IMG/VR virus record: IMGVR_UViG_3300046314_000658 | Source of the DNA: a virus | Strand: one strand, 5' to 3' | DNA length: 64,000 nt | Shown: piece by piece, positions 27,334-37,192 of the stretch | Layout of the letters: every line of letters begins with the position of its first letter | Numbering within the stretch: position 1 is the first letter of the stretch | The notes under the pieces: model-generated | Seen by the model: the letters and a program-made list of their open reading frames with translations, nothing else | What the model was told of the DNA's origin: nothing | Database searches by the model: none | Position numbers and translations under genes: made by a program

Positions 27334-28297
27334 TTTGTGTCTCCAATCGATTGTGGTGCTCTAAGATAACTTTACTGATGTCAGCATCTGTCATTGCATT
27401 GACGACAGCTGGAGTCAAAACAACTTTCAATACTTTCATCAGCTCCCCAAGGCGAGCGTTCTCGCGGCTAGTGAGTTCTTTAACAATATCTCCATTGAAT
27501 TTTAATGCTGCAGCTTCAATTTCAAACTTGCGTCTCCACAATTCGTCAAATTCTGCTTTTGCATGAGGAAATGCTTTGAAGATTTTGTGGTGGTACACAG
27601 TCTTGTCAGCATCAAACTGATAGAACTCTGTCTTCACAGTCTGTGTCTTGCACCATTCTAGGAATGCGGTGTAAGTAGCGCGCTTGCGATCGCGAACACG
27701 TGCTGTATGGTTACGGTTCTCCAACAAGAAGATATCAGGATTGAAGTATTTGCTTGCTGCTACAGCTTCGAAGATTTCCTCGAGAGTATCCAGTTCACCG
27801 TATGTAAAGTCTCCAAATTTATCAATCTCTGCTGGGTCAGTGGATAACAAGATTTCACCAAGCGTATGATCCTTGCTACGAACAGGAAACCACAAACCGT
27901 CGTGACCAAATTTTAATCCCAACTTATGGTGAATTCTCCCTCTCAAATTACCGAAATCATTCGACCCAAAATAATTAGATGCTACTGCAAATTCAGTGAT
28001 TGTTGTAGTAATCAAATCAATCTGTAATTCACGAAATACCAATGACCACACCCCACCATTGTGACTAACTTCATCGCTTGTGCACCCGAAAGCGTTTTGT
28101 AGCAACTTTGTGGACAGTTCTCGAGCTGGGATGAACAGTACATCCATATCACCAAAAGAAGGTTTGGTGCTAAAGGCTTTGATGGCTTCAGCTTTGGCAG
28201 CGAATGTATTGACAATATTCAATACAGTTGGCACCAACGTATGGTACTCGTCAGCATTGTATCGTCGAGTTTTACCTGGAAACACATTACCACCCAT
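27323..28297 (-). CDS. Nucleotidyltransferase-fold (Pol beta/PolX-like) protein
   Basis: MGGNVF, K.SFGDMDVL (GDxD), QIDLI. Confidence 0.75.
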   Translation of the reverse strand: MGGNVFPGKTRRYNADEYHTLVPTVLNIVNTFAAKAEAIKAFSTKPSFGDMDVLFIPARELSTKLLQNAFGCTSDEVSHNGGVWSLVFRELQIDLITTTITEFAVASNYFGSNDFGNLRGRIHHKLGLKFGHDGLWFPVRSKDHTLGEILLSTDPAEIDKFGDFTYGELDTLEEIFEAVAASKYFNPDIFLLENRNHTARVRDRKRATYTAFLEWCKTQTVKTEFYQFDADKTVYHHKIFKAFPHAKAEFDELWRRKFEIEAAALKFNGDIVKELTSRENARLGELMKVLKVVLTPAVVNAMTDADISKVILEHHNRLETQNAS

Positions 28298-28329
28298 TGA
28301 GAACCTCAGCTTTCTGTTGCATTAAGTGT

Positions 28330-28358
28330 ATTATACATTATACGGACGCGTATGTCAA
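28330..28358 (-). promoter_or_regulatory. Consensus sigma70 promoter
   Basis: TTGACA-17-TATAAT. Confidence 0.75.
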
Positions 28359-28454
28359 CTGATAATCAAGGGAGCTACTAACGAGCCATACAACTATCAC
28401 GCGACAAGCGGAGGGCGTACATCCTCGCCGAAGTCGTCAACAAACTAATTATTG

Positions 28455-28532
28455 TGGAGCGCCTGACAGGATTTGAACCTGCACTATCTACGGAGTAGAA
28501 ATCCGCTGCTTGTCCAGTTAAGCTTCAGGCGC
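28455..28532 (-). tRNA. tRNA-Arg(UCU) with encoded CCA
   Basis: GCGCCTG acceptor stem, anticodon arm gcgga-TTTCTAC-tccgt, T arm GGTTCAAATCC, ends in CCA. Confidence 0.9.
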
Positions 28533-28576
28533 AAAATTAATTGATATAGCGATTATACACTATAACAAAAAGGGAG

Positions 28577-28684
28577 CTACCGTTTTGTTATCACACCGCC
28601 AAGTAAACTCTGATACAATTCAGCACACGCTTGAACTTTGAATTCCATTTTACGACCCGACTTTGTGGTAAGAGTGTAGCTCAT
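28577..28684 (-). CDS. Small hypothetical protein MSYTLTTKSGRKMEFKVQACAELYQSLLGGVITKR
   Basis: 35-aa ORF downstream of TAAATA (28712-28717, - strand). Confidence 0.5.
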   Translation of the reverse strand: MSYTLTTKSGRKMEFKVQACAELYQSLLGGVITKR

Positions 28685-28729
28685 AGTGGTATAGTGGTAA
28701 GTGAGGAACCGTATTTAGTACAATAGTGG

Positions 28730-29255
28730 TTATATTTTTATGAGTTCCAATTTGGTGCATATTAGATCACGCATGTCTCGAGTGATCGTGTTTTTCACGA
28801 GTAGTGTCAACAAGTCACCTTTTTGGGTCTTCACCATCTCCATAGTCGTGCCACCAAATCCTGGAACAACTTGCCGGATTTCTGAGGCAGCTATCGAGTA
28901 TATTGGCGATCTCCGTAATGAATGTTCATCAGTCGCAGCCAGACATATCACATCAGCTGTTTTTATCAACGCGTTCGCGATACAAGCGGCGCCGACAGTT
29001 GAGAGTACATATCTTGGTTTACCAGCACCACTTAGTGTTAGATCCAACTCATCCGGACCACTGAACTGGTTGCTACTTATTCTACCAAACGATATATTTA
29101 TTACGTTGCGAGATGGATTAGTATCAAGAATCAACTCCTCGACATAGATGCCGTACCACTGACCCTCAACTAAAAAAAACACAACGAGTGTCGTCTAACC
29201 ACTCAAACGGCGAAGGCGGTATTCCGAGGATTTCTTTTATAAATTTAAAACTCAT
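28730..29255 (-). CDS. Hypothetical protein apparently frameshifted in a T8 run (29172-29179)
   Basis: ATG 29255 overlaps the upstream stop (ATGA); removing one T joins it to the 28730-29182 ORF. Confidence 0.55.
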
Positions 29256-29920
29256 CGCAAAATATTGCTTTGATTTTTGATAAGCGTGCGCCAATCTGGT
29301 TTTGAATATGGCACGACAGTTGCAGTAGATTTGTTATCCGCGAAGTAAAACGCATCTGTCGTACCATTGATAGACATCTTCCACATTCCGGCAGGGATGG
29401 GAATTCGATCTGCCAGTAAAGTTGGGTTAACATTATACACCGGCACAGTAACGATCCAAGTAATAGTCGGTGATTTGATTGCTGCTGCACGAACGCGAGC
29501 TTCTATTTGCTTCCACTTTCCTCGGTTGAGAATTGGAACTTGTGGAACAACATTCGTCAGATAAAACGTGTCGTACATCTGTTGATCTGTTGCTGCATCC
29601 TCAGCAGCAACCATATGGCCACGATCGAACCCTGTCGTTTCGTATAGAGCTGTGCGTGGACTGTTTTTTACGCGGCTGTCGGGACGGAATCCACTAATTC
29701 GCGTAGGTGCACCAATTGCTGTACCTGGCTCAAGGCGAGCGCTAGTAAAAACAACACGGGAGTGAGCTTGGTCGTAATGAGCCACATAAAAACTATTACA
29801 CAACTCAATCACATCACGGTTCGCAGGAGCAATAGCTACACCATTCGGATATAGTTGTGGACACGTAGCAACTGCTGCAGTTGCTACGAATGCAATTAGT
29901 AGACTAACAATTGTCTTCAT
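29252..29920 (-). CDS. Secreted DNA/RNA non-specific endonuclease (NucA/Serratia type)
   Basis: Signal peptide; FDRGHM, TFYLTNVVPQ..LNRGKW..IE. Confidence 0.92.
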   Translation of the reverse strand: MKTIVSLLIAFVATAAVATCPQLYPNGVAIAPANRDVIELCNSFYVAHYDQAHSRVVFTSARLEPGTAIGAPTRISGFRPDSRVKNSPRTALYETTGFDRGHMVAAEDAATDQQMYDTFYLTNVVPQVPILNRGKWKQIEARVRAAAIKSPTITWIVTVPVYNVNPTLLADRIPIPAGMWKMSINGTTDAFYFADNKSTATVVPYSKPDWRTLIKNQSNILR

Positions 29921-30081
29921 TGTGAATCTTTACGTAGGTCAATGTTTGGAGACTCGCCCCACTGTGGTGCTTGTGGTGGTAATGTATCCTCTTTCACATC
30001 TTTCTGAAAGATTGCTTCCCAACGAGAATCCCACTCATCCTGACTTACGCTACGAGGACGTACTGCGCTTCCTTTACTCAT
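29917..30081 (-). CDS. Small hypothetical protein (MSKGSAVRPRSVSQDEWDSRWEAIF...)
   Basis: 54-aa ORF filling the gap, with an ATGA overlap. Confidence 0.55.
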   Translation of the reverse strand: MSKGSAVRPRSVSQDEWDSRWEAIFQKDVKEDTLPPQAPQWGESPNIDLRKDSQ

Positions 30082-30343
30082 GCTCCAACTCCTTATTTTT
30101 TTCAGTTGTTTTATTTAGTTCATCAGGACGAATTTTACGAAGCCACTTTGCAGGAGAGTGAACTACTGTACCAATTCCACCATACTCAGTAACCAGATCC
30201 TTTTTAGATCGAATCTCCCAAATTGTGCCATATAGCGAGTGCTCACCAACCGTTTTGATACACTGCACGACGACACCAACTTGCGCTCCAGTTACTGTCT
30301 CTATTACAACTGCCAAGCAACCTGGCTCGAGATCACTACTCAT
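30074..30343 (-). CDS. Hypothetical protein
   Basis: GGAGG RBS. Confidence 0.6.
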   Translation of the reverse strand: MSSDLEPGCLAVVIETVTGAQVGVVVQCIKTVGEHSLYGTIWEIRSKKDLVTEYGGIGTVVHSPAKWLRKIRPDELNKTTEKNKELEHE

Positions 30344-30527
30344 GGTCAACACCTCCATTTGGTTTACTTTGAACGGCAGGCTCTACCTTAGTTAGCGAGA
30401 AAGTGCCGTCGTTATTGTCCGTCCACATAACCGTATCTCCATCTTTCCAATTGAGATCTTCACACATCGAATCTGGTAGTGGTAAGACTAGGTCATCACC
30501 ATCAGCAATGAGAGATACAGTTGTCAT
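30336..30527 (-). CDS. AbrB/MazE-like DNA-binding domain protein
   Basis: DLVLPLP..CEDLNWK.GDTV.W. Confidence 0.7.
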   Translation of the reverse strand: MTTVSLIADGDDLVLPLPDSMCEDLNWKDGDTVMWTDNNDGTFSLTKVEPAVQSKPNGGVDHE

Positions 30528-30974
30528 TTAGTACAAACCTTCTAAGTCTGGCTTTGCGTATGACGAGCCCTTCGTAATTTTACCGTTTGCATCAAATACG
30601 GGCTTACCATCAACAAACTTCGACCAGTTACTATCGTTCACCCGTGCAAGAGCGGTAGTAATATCCATACCAAGCATGTGTGCAACGCCTGTTGCCGTGA
30701 CGATCTGATCGCACAGAGCATCCAGCATCTCCTTACGGTCAATCGTTAGATCCTCAAATACAACTCGTTCACCAGGTTGGATGAACCCAGTTTTAAAGGC
30801 AGTTGCCAAATTGCTCAATGCTGTTGCTACAGGCTCAGCACCTAATGCTGTAAACATTTCGCTTATCTCTTCAAAATGTACTCCCAGCGCTACCAATCGA
30901 CCCTTATCATCAGGCACAGGTCGAGCAAGTTGTTGCCACTCTAACACGGAACTTAATATATCTGTTGTCTTCAT
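30528..30974 (-). CDS. MazG-like / all-alpha NTP pyrophosphatase
   Basis: EEISE, DALCDQIV, V..SNWSK..GKI.KG..Y..PDL. Confidence 0.85.
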   Translation of the reverse strand: MKTTDILSSVLEWQQLARPVPDDKGRLVALGVHFEEISEMFTALGAEPVATALSNLATAFKTGFIQPGERVVFEDLTIDRKEMLDALCDQIVTATGVAHMLGMDITTALARVNDSNWSKFVDGKPVFDANGKITKGSSYAKPDLEGLY

Positions 30975-31015
30975 AATACTCCTGTTAATGATTTAATAAA
31001 TATCTAACTTAATTC

Positions 31016-31051
31016 GTAAGCCGCGATGTTATCAGCATCCGCTTACTCTAA
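31016..31051 (+). promoter_or_regulatory. Conserved RNA leader motif upstream of an endonuclease gene (copy 1)
   Basis: GUAAGC-CGCGAUG-loop-CAUCC-GCUUAC-UCUAA, after TAAATA at 30997. Confidence 0.6.
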
Positions 31052-31070
31052 CCAACCTGGTAGGCATTAT

Positions 31071-32099
31071 ATGGTCAGCACAACTACACACGGAGATGGA
31101 CGGGTTCCATATTTCTACATAATTCGTCACATATCATCTAATAGATGGTATGCTGGAAGTAAGTTTGGTGTCAATGCAAATCCTGCAACATTCATGGTTC
31201 CTGGAGGATATCGCACCTCATCAAATACGGTTCGTCGATTAATTGATATTGACGGACTCGAATCATTCGAACTTATATGTATATTAACCGAGGCAGAGTG
31301 TATGATGTCAGTGTACGACTTTGAAACTAGATTTTTGCAAGAATATTGTATAGCACAAAATCCACATTGGTTGAACCTACACAATAATACAAACTGGACG
31401 GAGAACTCCACTTTCGGTACAGACGGCTTCAAGCAGAAAATGCAAGCAAAGTATGGGGTGTCACACAACTCTCACATTCCGGCAGTGATAGAAAAACGAA
31501 AAACAACTCAACTCGCAAATTTCGGAGAAACTTGTTGGAAAAAGAACCCAGCGCTGCAAAGAGCGTTTGAGGATTCGATGATGTTGCGGTATGGAGTGAA
31601 AAATGTTCGATCATTGGACAGTACGAAGGCGGCAATTCGTGCTACCATGTTAACCAGATATGGAGTGGAGAATTATAACCTATCAGCTGAACTTCGCGCA
31701 AAATCTAGTGCTACGTTGATGCGTCGCACGGGATACGATCACAATACGAAGGATCCGGCAGTTATAGCCCGTAGAACAGCACGATACCTTGAAAAGACAG
31801 GATACTCTAGTCCTATGGAAAATCCAGTCATTCTTGCAAAAAAGCTACAGACGCTCGAGAGTAAGTACGGTAATAGCAACCTGAGTGCTATTCCAGAAGT
31901 AATCGCAAAGAAAGTGGCTATTCAAAAAGCGAAAAGAGAGCGCCCCATGACGAAAGCGATCCACAAATACCTAACGGAACACAAGTTGACACCAAAAATA
32001 CTTGGAATATCGGTAGGGTATTTGCGGTTTAACGATCTCAAACTAACAAACCTATATAATGAACTAACAGAAGCTGGACATCACATTCCACTAATTTGA
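31071..32099 (+). CDS. Free-standing GIY-YIG-like homing endonuclease with YG repeat DNA-binding region
   Basis: YFYIIR...WYAGS..YRTSS..E..FL..LN; repeated (K/R)YGV units; opposite strand to its neighbours. Confidence 0.75.
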   Translation: MVSTTTHGDGRVPYFYIIRHISSNRWYAGSKFGVNANPATFMVPGGYRTSSNTVRRLIDIDGLESFELICILTEAECMMSVYDFETRFLQEYCIAQNPHWLNLHNNTNWTENSTFGTDGFKQKMQAKYGVSHNSHIPAVIEKRKTTQLANFGETCWKKNPALQRAFEDSMMLRYGVKNVRSLDSTKAAIRATMLTRYGVENYNLSAELRAKSSATLMRRTGYDHNTKDPAVIARRTARYLEKTGYSSPMENPVILAKKLQTLESKYGNSNLSAIPEVIAKKVAIQKAKRERPMTKAIHKYLTEHKLTPKILGISVGYLRFNDLKLTNLYNELTEAGHHIPLI

Positions 32100-32234
32100 A
32101 CAGCAAGTTCAAACCATTCTTTGGTTCGGGCGATTTCATTTGTCATTTTTTAGTTCCTTAATTACGTTAATTAGTGTGGCTAGGATTGTAGTAGATGCAA
32201 CAACTGTTATCACAATTTCGAGTGTCATGTGCGG

Positions 32235-32486
32235 TTAAATTGATAGTTCAGCAAGGGTAGCAAATTGAGCTTCAGTTAGTTGTGCACCAACGATTCGTGG
32301 GGCGCATTCGGCGCCTGCATCATCTAAGAATAGAATCGTTGGTACACCGCGAATACCATACTTGACAGCAATTTCCGTGTTGTCGTCGATATCATTTGCT
32401 TCAATATTGATGCCACGTTGTTCAAGTTGTTTTTTCAAACCGGAACATGGGGCACACCAACTTGCTGTCATACGAACTGCTTTCAT
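32235..32486 (-). CDS. Thioredoxin/glutaredoxin-like protein
   Basis: WCAPC, YGIRGVPT. Confidence 0.9.
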   Translation of the reverse strand: MKAVRMTASWCAPCSGLKKQLEQRGINIEANDIDDNTEIAVKYGIRGVPTILFLDDAGAECAPRIVGAQLTEAQFATLAELSI

Positions 32487-32508
32487 ATATTTCTCCAAAA
32501 ATTCTATA

Positions 32509-33438
32509 TTACCACTTTGCTTCATTTGCAATCAACTGGCGAGCTTGGATCCAACCACGGAAATTTGCAGACCACAGTGAACCGTCGCGTCGCATGTGGG
32601 TTACACCTGGCTCCCATTCATCTGTAGACCCCGATGACAATTCATTTAACATTACTTTACCTTGATGCTCAACAGGGCTAGCATGGGCCGGTTCACTCTC
32701 AATTAAACGAGAGAAAATCCGCTTTGCGGCGGCGCGCGTGTCATCCAGACGACGGTAACTAACCTGAGCACAACATGCAGCAGAGATTTTTAATGCTTCA
32801 TCTTCCGATAACATATCACCATCTCCTGTCGTATACGCAACAGAACCATCTGAATTAATATTAGTGTTTACATACGGTAGGTGCCACTGACCTGGTTGGA
32901 GAATTTGTGGTTGACTCTGGTCATATGCGAGTTGCATAACACGAGCGAGTTCATGGAATTCCGGTTGTGCATCAGGATGGTTACGGAGGTGGAAAAAGTT
33001 TGCCCACTCAGTACCTGACATGACAGTTTTCATTCGCTGCCAGGGTTCGCAAATTCGGTTTGAAATTTGCTTATGTAACCCCAGTCCCAATAGCACTTTG
33101 GTGAAACTTACAGCATCTTTCATTGCGGCAATCCACGATGCTTTGACTCCCTCCAACGTAGACCCAGTAAGTTCTTCACGAGCTGACATCCCTGACTGGT
33201 TCTTACCCCAATGCACTGGCATCGCAGGGTTATTGAGAATCAAATCAAGCATCTTTTCAACAGGAATGGCACGAGACGATGCGCTATTCTTACTCAACAT
33301 TTTATGAGTCAGCACCTCGCCGTGTATGAACCTCGGATACTCCAATTCATATGTGAGAAGGCGGGTACCACACGTGCTAGCAACACTATCTGCAATTACG
33401 CGGGCTGTAATTCCTTCACTACCAATAATTTCAATCAT
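32509..33438 (-). CDS. thyX: Flavin-dependent thymidylate synthase
   Basis: EVLTHKMLSKNSASSRA (ThyX-like motif), NFFHLR..AQPE, HASPVEH. Confidence 0.85.
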   Translation of the reverse strand: MIEIIGSEGITARVIADSVASTCGTRLLTYELEYPRFIHGEVLTHKMLSKNSASSRAIPVEKMLDLILNNPAMPVHWGKNQSGMSAREELTGSTLEGVKASWIAAMKDAVSFTKVLLGLGLHKQISNRICEPWQRMKTVMSGTEWANFFHLRNHPDAQPEFHELARVMQLAYDQSQPQILQPGQWHLPYVNTNINSDGSVAYTTGDGDMLSEDEALKISAACCAQVSYRRLDDTRAAAKRIFSRLIESEPAHASPVEHQGKVMLNELSSGSTDEWEPGVTHMRRDGSLWSANFRGWIQARQLIANEAKW

Positions 33439-33456
33439 TCAATTTTTTCCTTTATA

Positions 33457-33654
33457 TTAAAATGGACGGCGTTTACGCGACATCATCGATCGAAATTGGA
33501 TTTTTTCACTATATTTCCAAGATCCGTACACTAGTACAACAAATAGAAATATCAGTGTATATACCGGAATTCCAATTGCCCACCAAGGCCACGTCACATA
33601 TCCCATTACTTTCGCAATAATCAAAAGTAGTGTCAACGCTAATAATGTTTTCAT
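33457..33654 (-). CDS. Small membrane protein
   Basis: LTLLLIIAK..G..TWPWW..P TM pattern. Confidence 0.6.
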   Translation of the reverse strand: MKTLLALTLLLIIAKVMGYVTWPWWAIGIPVYTLIFLFVVLVYGSWKYSEKIQFRSMMSRKRRPF

Positions 33655-33714
33655 GTTTGTCTCATCATAAAAATAGCCCACAACGTGAGCTACTGTGCAG
33701 GTGTTATTTACTGC

Positions 33715-34655
33715 TTACTTTTTGGTGGCTTTGAAGGGGGTCATACCACCCGTCGCTGCGTTAACATTAACTTCGTTCCACCCTGGCTGATATTGGCCTT
33801 CTTTCAACTCGCTCATATTTTGCATGATGCAAGTTTGTAGTGCACTAATGTTTGCTGCGCGCTGACCAGAGAATTGTCGAGTGACGAATACGTTTTGCAC
33901 AGCCAGGCTGTTGTTGTTATATACCGCAATGTTTTTGTAGTTCAGTGCTTTCACTTTATACGGCTCGCTGATTGGGGCGTCAAACGGAACCATTGTTAGG
34001 CCAGATGATTGAGTGAGTGTTTTCACTGTACCAGAAGGCCATCCACTTACCGTAAATGCGGCTGCAACCTGACCTTTTTTAACCATTTCAAATGCTGCGC
34101 CATCATCCTTGGCATCAACGAACTGCATACCATAACCAAACTGTTTGTCAAGACGTCGACCAAGCAACTGTGCAGAACCTACTAGAGCAACTGGTTTACC
34201 ACGTAGTTCAGAGAAGCGGTTAATTACAACTGTTTGTGCTTTGCCTTCCATAAAGCCACCAAACTTCTTTTCACCTTGAATGATAAAGCCTGCAGATGAC
34301 GTGATGACGTGCAGATAGTTGTTATTGACCGGAAGGATCGATTGCAGCGCAGCGATATTGTCATCACCAGTCTTCATATCTGTCCACGTATCCACTTGGA
34401 CAAACCCTACATCAGCTTCCTTAGTGGAAAGTGAGGTGAGATTGTCTAGACCACCTGCTGTGGTTACCTCACATAGATTTACTTTAGCGCCACAGACTTT
34501 GGCAACATCGGCAAACAGCAGTGAAAATCCCTTGCCTTTAGGGCCAGTAGCTACCTTGATGCCTTCACATTCAGCAGCAGGTGCACCATCAGCTGGAGCA
34601 GCCGATGCATTAACAGCAAACGCTACTAGGGCGGCAAGTACGATTGATTTTTCAT
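33715..34655 (-). CDS. TAXI-type TRAP solute receptor-like periplasmic protein; signal peptide out of frame by one missing A at 34648-34652
   Basis: Frame is open upstream of 34395: IKVATGPKGKGF..TAGGLDNL..L..KEADVGFVQ. Adding one A gives MKKSIVLAALVAFAVNASA. Confidence 0.7.
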
Positions 34656-34865
34656 ATAGATTCTTTCTTAGAGATTAAACTTGGTTTGATGTTGATTGGG
34701 AATAGGTTGAATAATAGGACCATCATCCTTCGCGAATACAGCATATAGAATGACTGCAACAAACATTGCAGATGCTACATATTTGAATAGTTTGTAAAAA
34801 TCCATTTGGATCCTGGTGTTGTTAAGGTAAGTTGATTATGACTGAAGTTGAAATTGGGTTCAACC

Positions 34866-35291
34866 CTAACAGAGAGCGAAGTCATTTCGAGCGAGGTCTT
34901 TCAACCTCCAATCAATCGCGTTCCACAGAACATTATCACCCCAGTTGTAGTTGTCCTCGATGTTCCACACAATTTGCTTTCGCACGATATCATCTTTATA
35001 ACCAACTGCTTCAAACTCTCTATGCGCTTGGAGTGCATTTTCAGCATTCATAAAAATAATGTGATCAGCCCAATTGATTAAGTTGCAACTCAATGGGATC
35101 AACGCAATGTTAACTGCACTCCCACAAGCACGTGCATTGTATCCGTGACTAGATGCAACCATTTGTGCAGTTGGGCTACGAAGCATTCCGACTGAGCAGA
35201 CAAACAGGAGCCTCTTAGCTGATGTTTGACTGCTGTTATCGTACGGACACCGATCACTAAAGATCTGCTGTGTTTTGGTTTGCTTCACCAT
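34866..35291 (-). CDS. Low-molecular-weight protein tyrosine phosphatase-like protein
   Basis: LLFVCSVGMLRSPTA (CX5RS), WADHIIFM. Confidence 0.85.
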   Translation of the reverse strand: MVKQTKTQQIFSDRCPYDNSSQTSAKRLLFVCSVGMLRSPTAQMVASSHGYNARACGSAVNIALIPLSCNLINWADHIIFMNAENALQAHREFEAVGYKDDIVRKQIVWNIEDNYNWGDNVLWNAIDWRLKDLARNDFALC

Positions 35292-35295
35292 CAGA

Positions 35296-36426
35296 CTAGT
35301 CTTTCATTTTCGACAAATATAAATTTGAGATTGCTTTCCAGGTGAACCGCTTGCGAGAGTTGGCCTTGAATACAAGTCCTTCACGGTTTACGGTTGGGTT
35401 GATCAGAGACTTGCCATCAGCCATTTTGATAACATCGTCGATCGTCTTGTCACCAAACGTCCAGTTAGCATCGACGAGCGGAGCTTGTGTGAAACCATAC
35501 TTTGCTGCAAATTCTGCACGCTCAGTGGGATCCATATAGCGCCCCCCTTCATTAGGCAACTGCACATCAAATAGACGGAACTCGTGCTTATTCAACTTAT
35601 AATGATTTTGCTGGACGCCTGGCCCAATTAATTCAAATTGTACAGCGATGTCTTGACCAAATTCACGTAGTTTTTGCTCTACGCCCAAAGCACGAGCAGT
35701 ATCCCAAAAGGTATTTCCTTCTGTTTCCTTTAGATCAAGATTTCGCGAGCACGTACCAAATTCTCCATCCAAAATATAACAGGTAGTGGACGACCCTTCA
35801 CACTTCTCTTGCACTTCGTATGTTTCCGCTTGAAGCACGCCGTTGGCAAACGCACGGGTCAGATTTTGGATGCGTTCCTGATCAGTTTTCACAATTCGAG
35901 ACGGAAAGTTACCACGAGCCATACCAGCGAGTTGGGCGGAGACTGGTGCTTCCCACTTTTGAATGCCAAGCACGTCTGTCACGTCATCACCTTCAATAAC
36001 AAATCCACCCATAGGGTTGCCACAAAGTTCAACCATCTTGTCAGTTACCACTTTTACAGGAAGCAGCAAACCCTGGGAGATTTGCCCCTTCAACCTGATA
36101 GTTCGCAGCTTTTCACCATCAACACCGTTGTACGTCTTCGGAAAGTGACCGGGCTTCGTCAAGAACGGAGCAAGAGTATTTGGGATGAAGCTGTCAATTT
36201 CAAAATATGCCGCAAGCGAGCCGACAGAAAATTCCCCTTTTTTCACCACTACGTCCCAGTTGAGAACCCGTGCAACCTCGATGTTATCTGCACCTTCAAT
36301 AGGTGAGATGGAGACGATTTTTTGAATTGTGGCGAGCTTGCGGAAGCGCACTGCTTCGGCGATCGTTTGGCCTTCTGCATTGAGCAGTTCTGCAGCGGGG
36401 GTAGATGTAATATTGATTTCTGTCAT
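35296..36426 (-). CDS. RNA ligase (DRB0094/Rnl2-like, with N-terminal OB fold)
   Basis: RKLA..PIEGAD.IE, LKGQISQGL, KTDQERIQN, EKCEGSS, ELIG, FD, REGLV, KAIS. Confidence 0.9.
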   Translation of the reverse strand: MTEINITSTPAAELLNAEGQTIAEAVRFRKLATIQKIVSISPIEGADNIEVARVLNWDVVVKKGEFSVGSLAAYFEIDSFIPNTLAPFLTKPGHFPKTYNGVDGEKLRTIRLKGQISQGLLLPVKVVTDKMVELCGNPMGGFVIEGDDVTDVLGIQKWEAPVSAQLAGMARGNFPSRIVKTDQERIQNLTRAFANGVLQAETYEVQEKCEGSSTTCYILDGEFGTCSRNLDLKETEGNTFWDTARALGVEQKLREFGQDIAVQFELIGPGVQQNHYKLNKHEFRLFDVQLPNEGGRYMDPTERAEFAAKYGFTQAPLVDANWTFGDKTIDDVIKMADGKSLINPTVNREGLVFKANSRKRFTWKAISNLYLSKMKD

Positions 36427-36540
36427 ATAAAACCTTATTGATAATTGTTGTGGTGATATAATATAGCCACTATTGGATTTTGATATAGTAAGTAATTATT
36501 ATCAATGTTAGTAATGTTGGGTTCAAGCGCGTTGGGGGTT

Positions 36541-37128
36541 CTACTCAACAACCCATTCTTGATATTCACGCCACTCGAAGGCAGTAGATTTAAATTCGTC
36601 CTTCCAAACAAGTGCTTCTACCTCATCCGCAAAAACTTTCCATACTTCCTTAAAAATGTCGCAGGAGTCGTAGTAACAAGTATACCCAATATAGACTATC
36701 ATTTAAAATATCCCTCTGTTGGATGAGCTTTTACAATACCAGGGTTCGGAAACCCGCCAAAACCTTCACACGGACTGTCAACGTTGACACTCTTGGGAGT
36801 AAATCCATAGTTTACTTCAACGTATTTGACAATTTCAACTAACGTAGGATCAACACCATCGAATACGAGCGTGACCCAACCATCGAGGTAATTTTTACTA
36901 CTATCGTAAATCATGGTGTTATCCTTTGATTCCAAATTCGATCATAATATCGTCAGCAATGTCTTCATAGTCATCTTCACTAACACCAGGGTTGCTACTG
37001 AAATAGCTGTACCCCTCCATCTCCCGCGTGTGCTTTGCAATCACTGCAACAATACGCTGGCGAACAGCAAACTCTTCTGGTGTCATCTGAGCACTTTCAG
37101 GGCACCCTGGGTTAAACCATCTTGCCAT
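36541..37128 (-). other. Three short hypothetical ORFs (36541-36702, 36699-36914, 36919-37128)
   Basis: Packed ORFs downstream of the promoter at 37160-37188. Confidence 0.55.
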
Positions 37129-37159
37129 TTCTCACTCCTGTAATCGTGTTGGTGAGGTA

Positions 37160-37188
37160 ATTATATACCCCTTTTCTCGCAATGTCAA
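37160..37188 (-). promoter_or_regulatory. Consensus sigma70 promoter
   Basis: TTGACA-17-TATAAT. Confidence 0.8.
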
Positions 37189-37192
37189 CCTA

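Noticed and set aside
28455-28532. Amber suppressor tRNA or stop-codon recoding
   Set aside because: The 7-nt loop UUUCUAC centres on UCU, not CUA. Conserved genes are intact under the standard code, and TAG, TGA and TAA all end genes.
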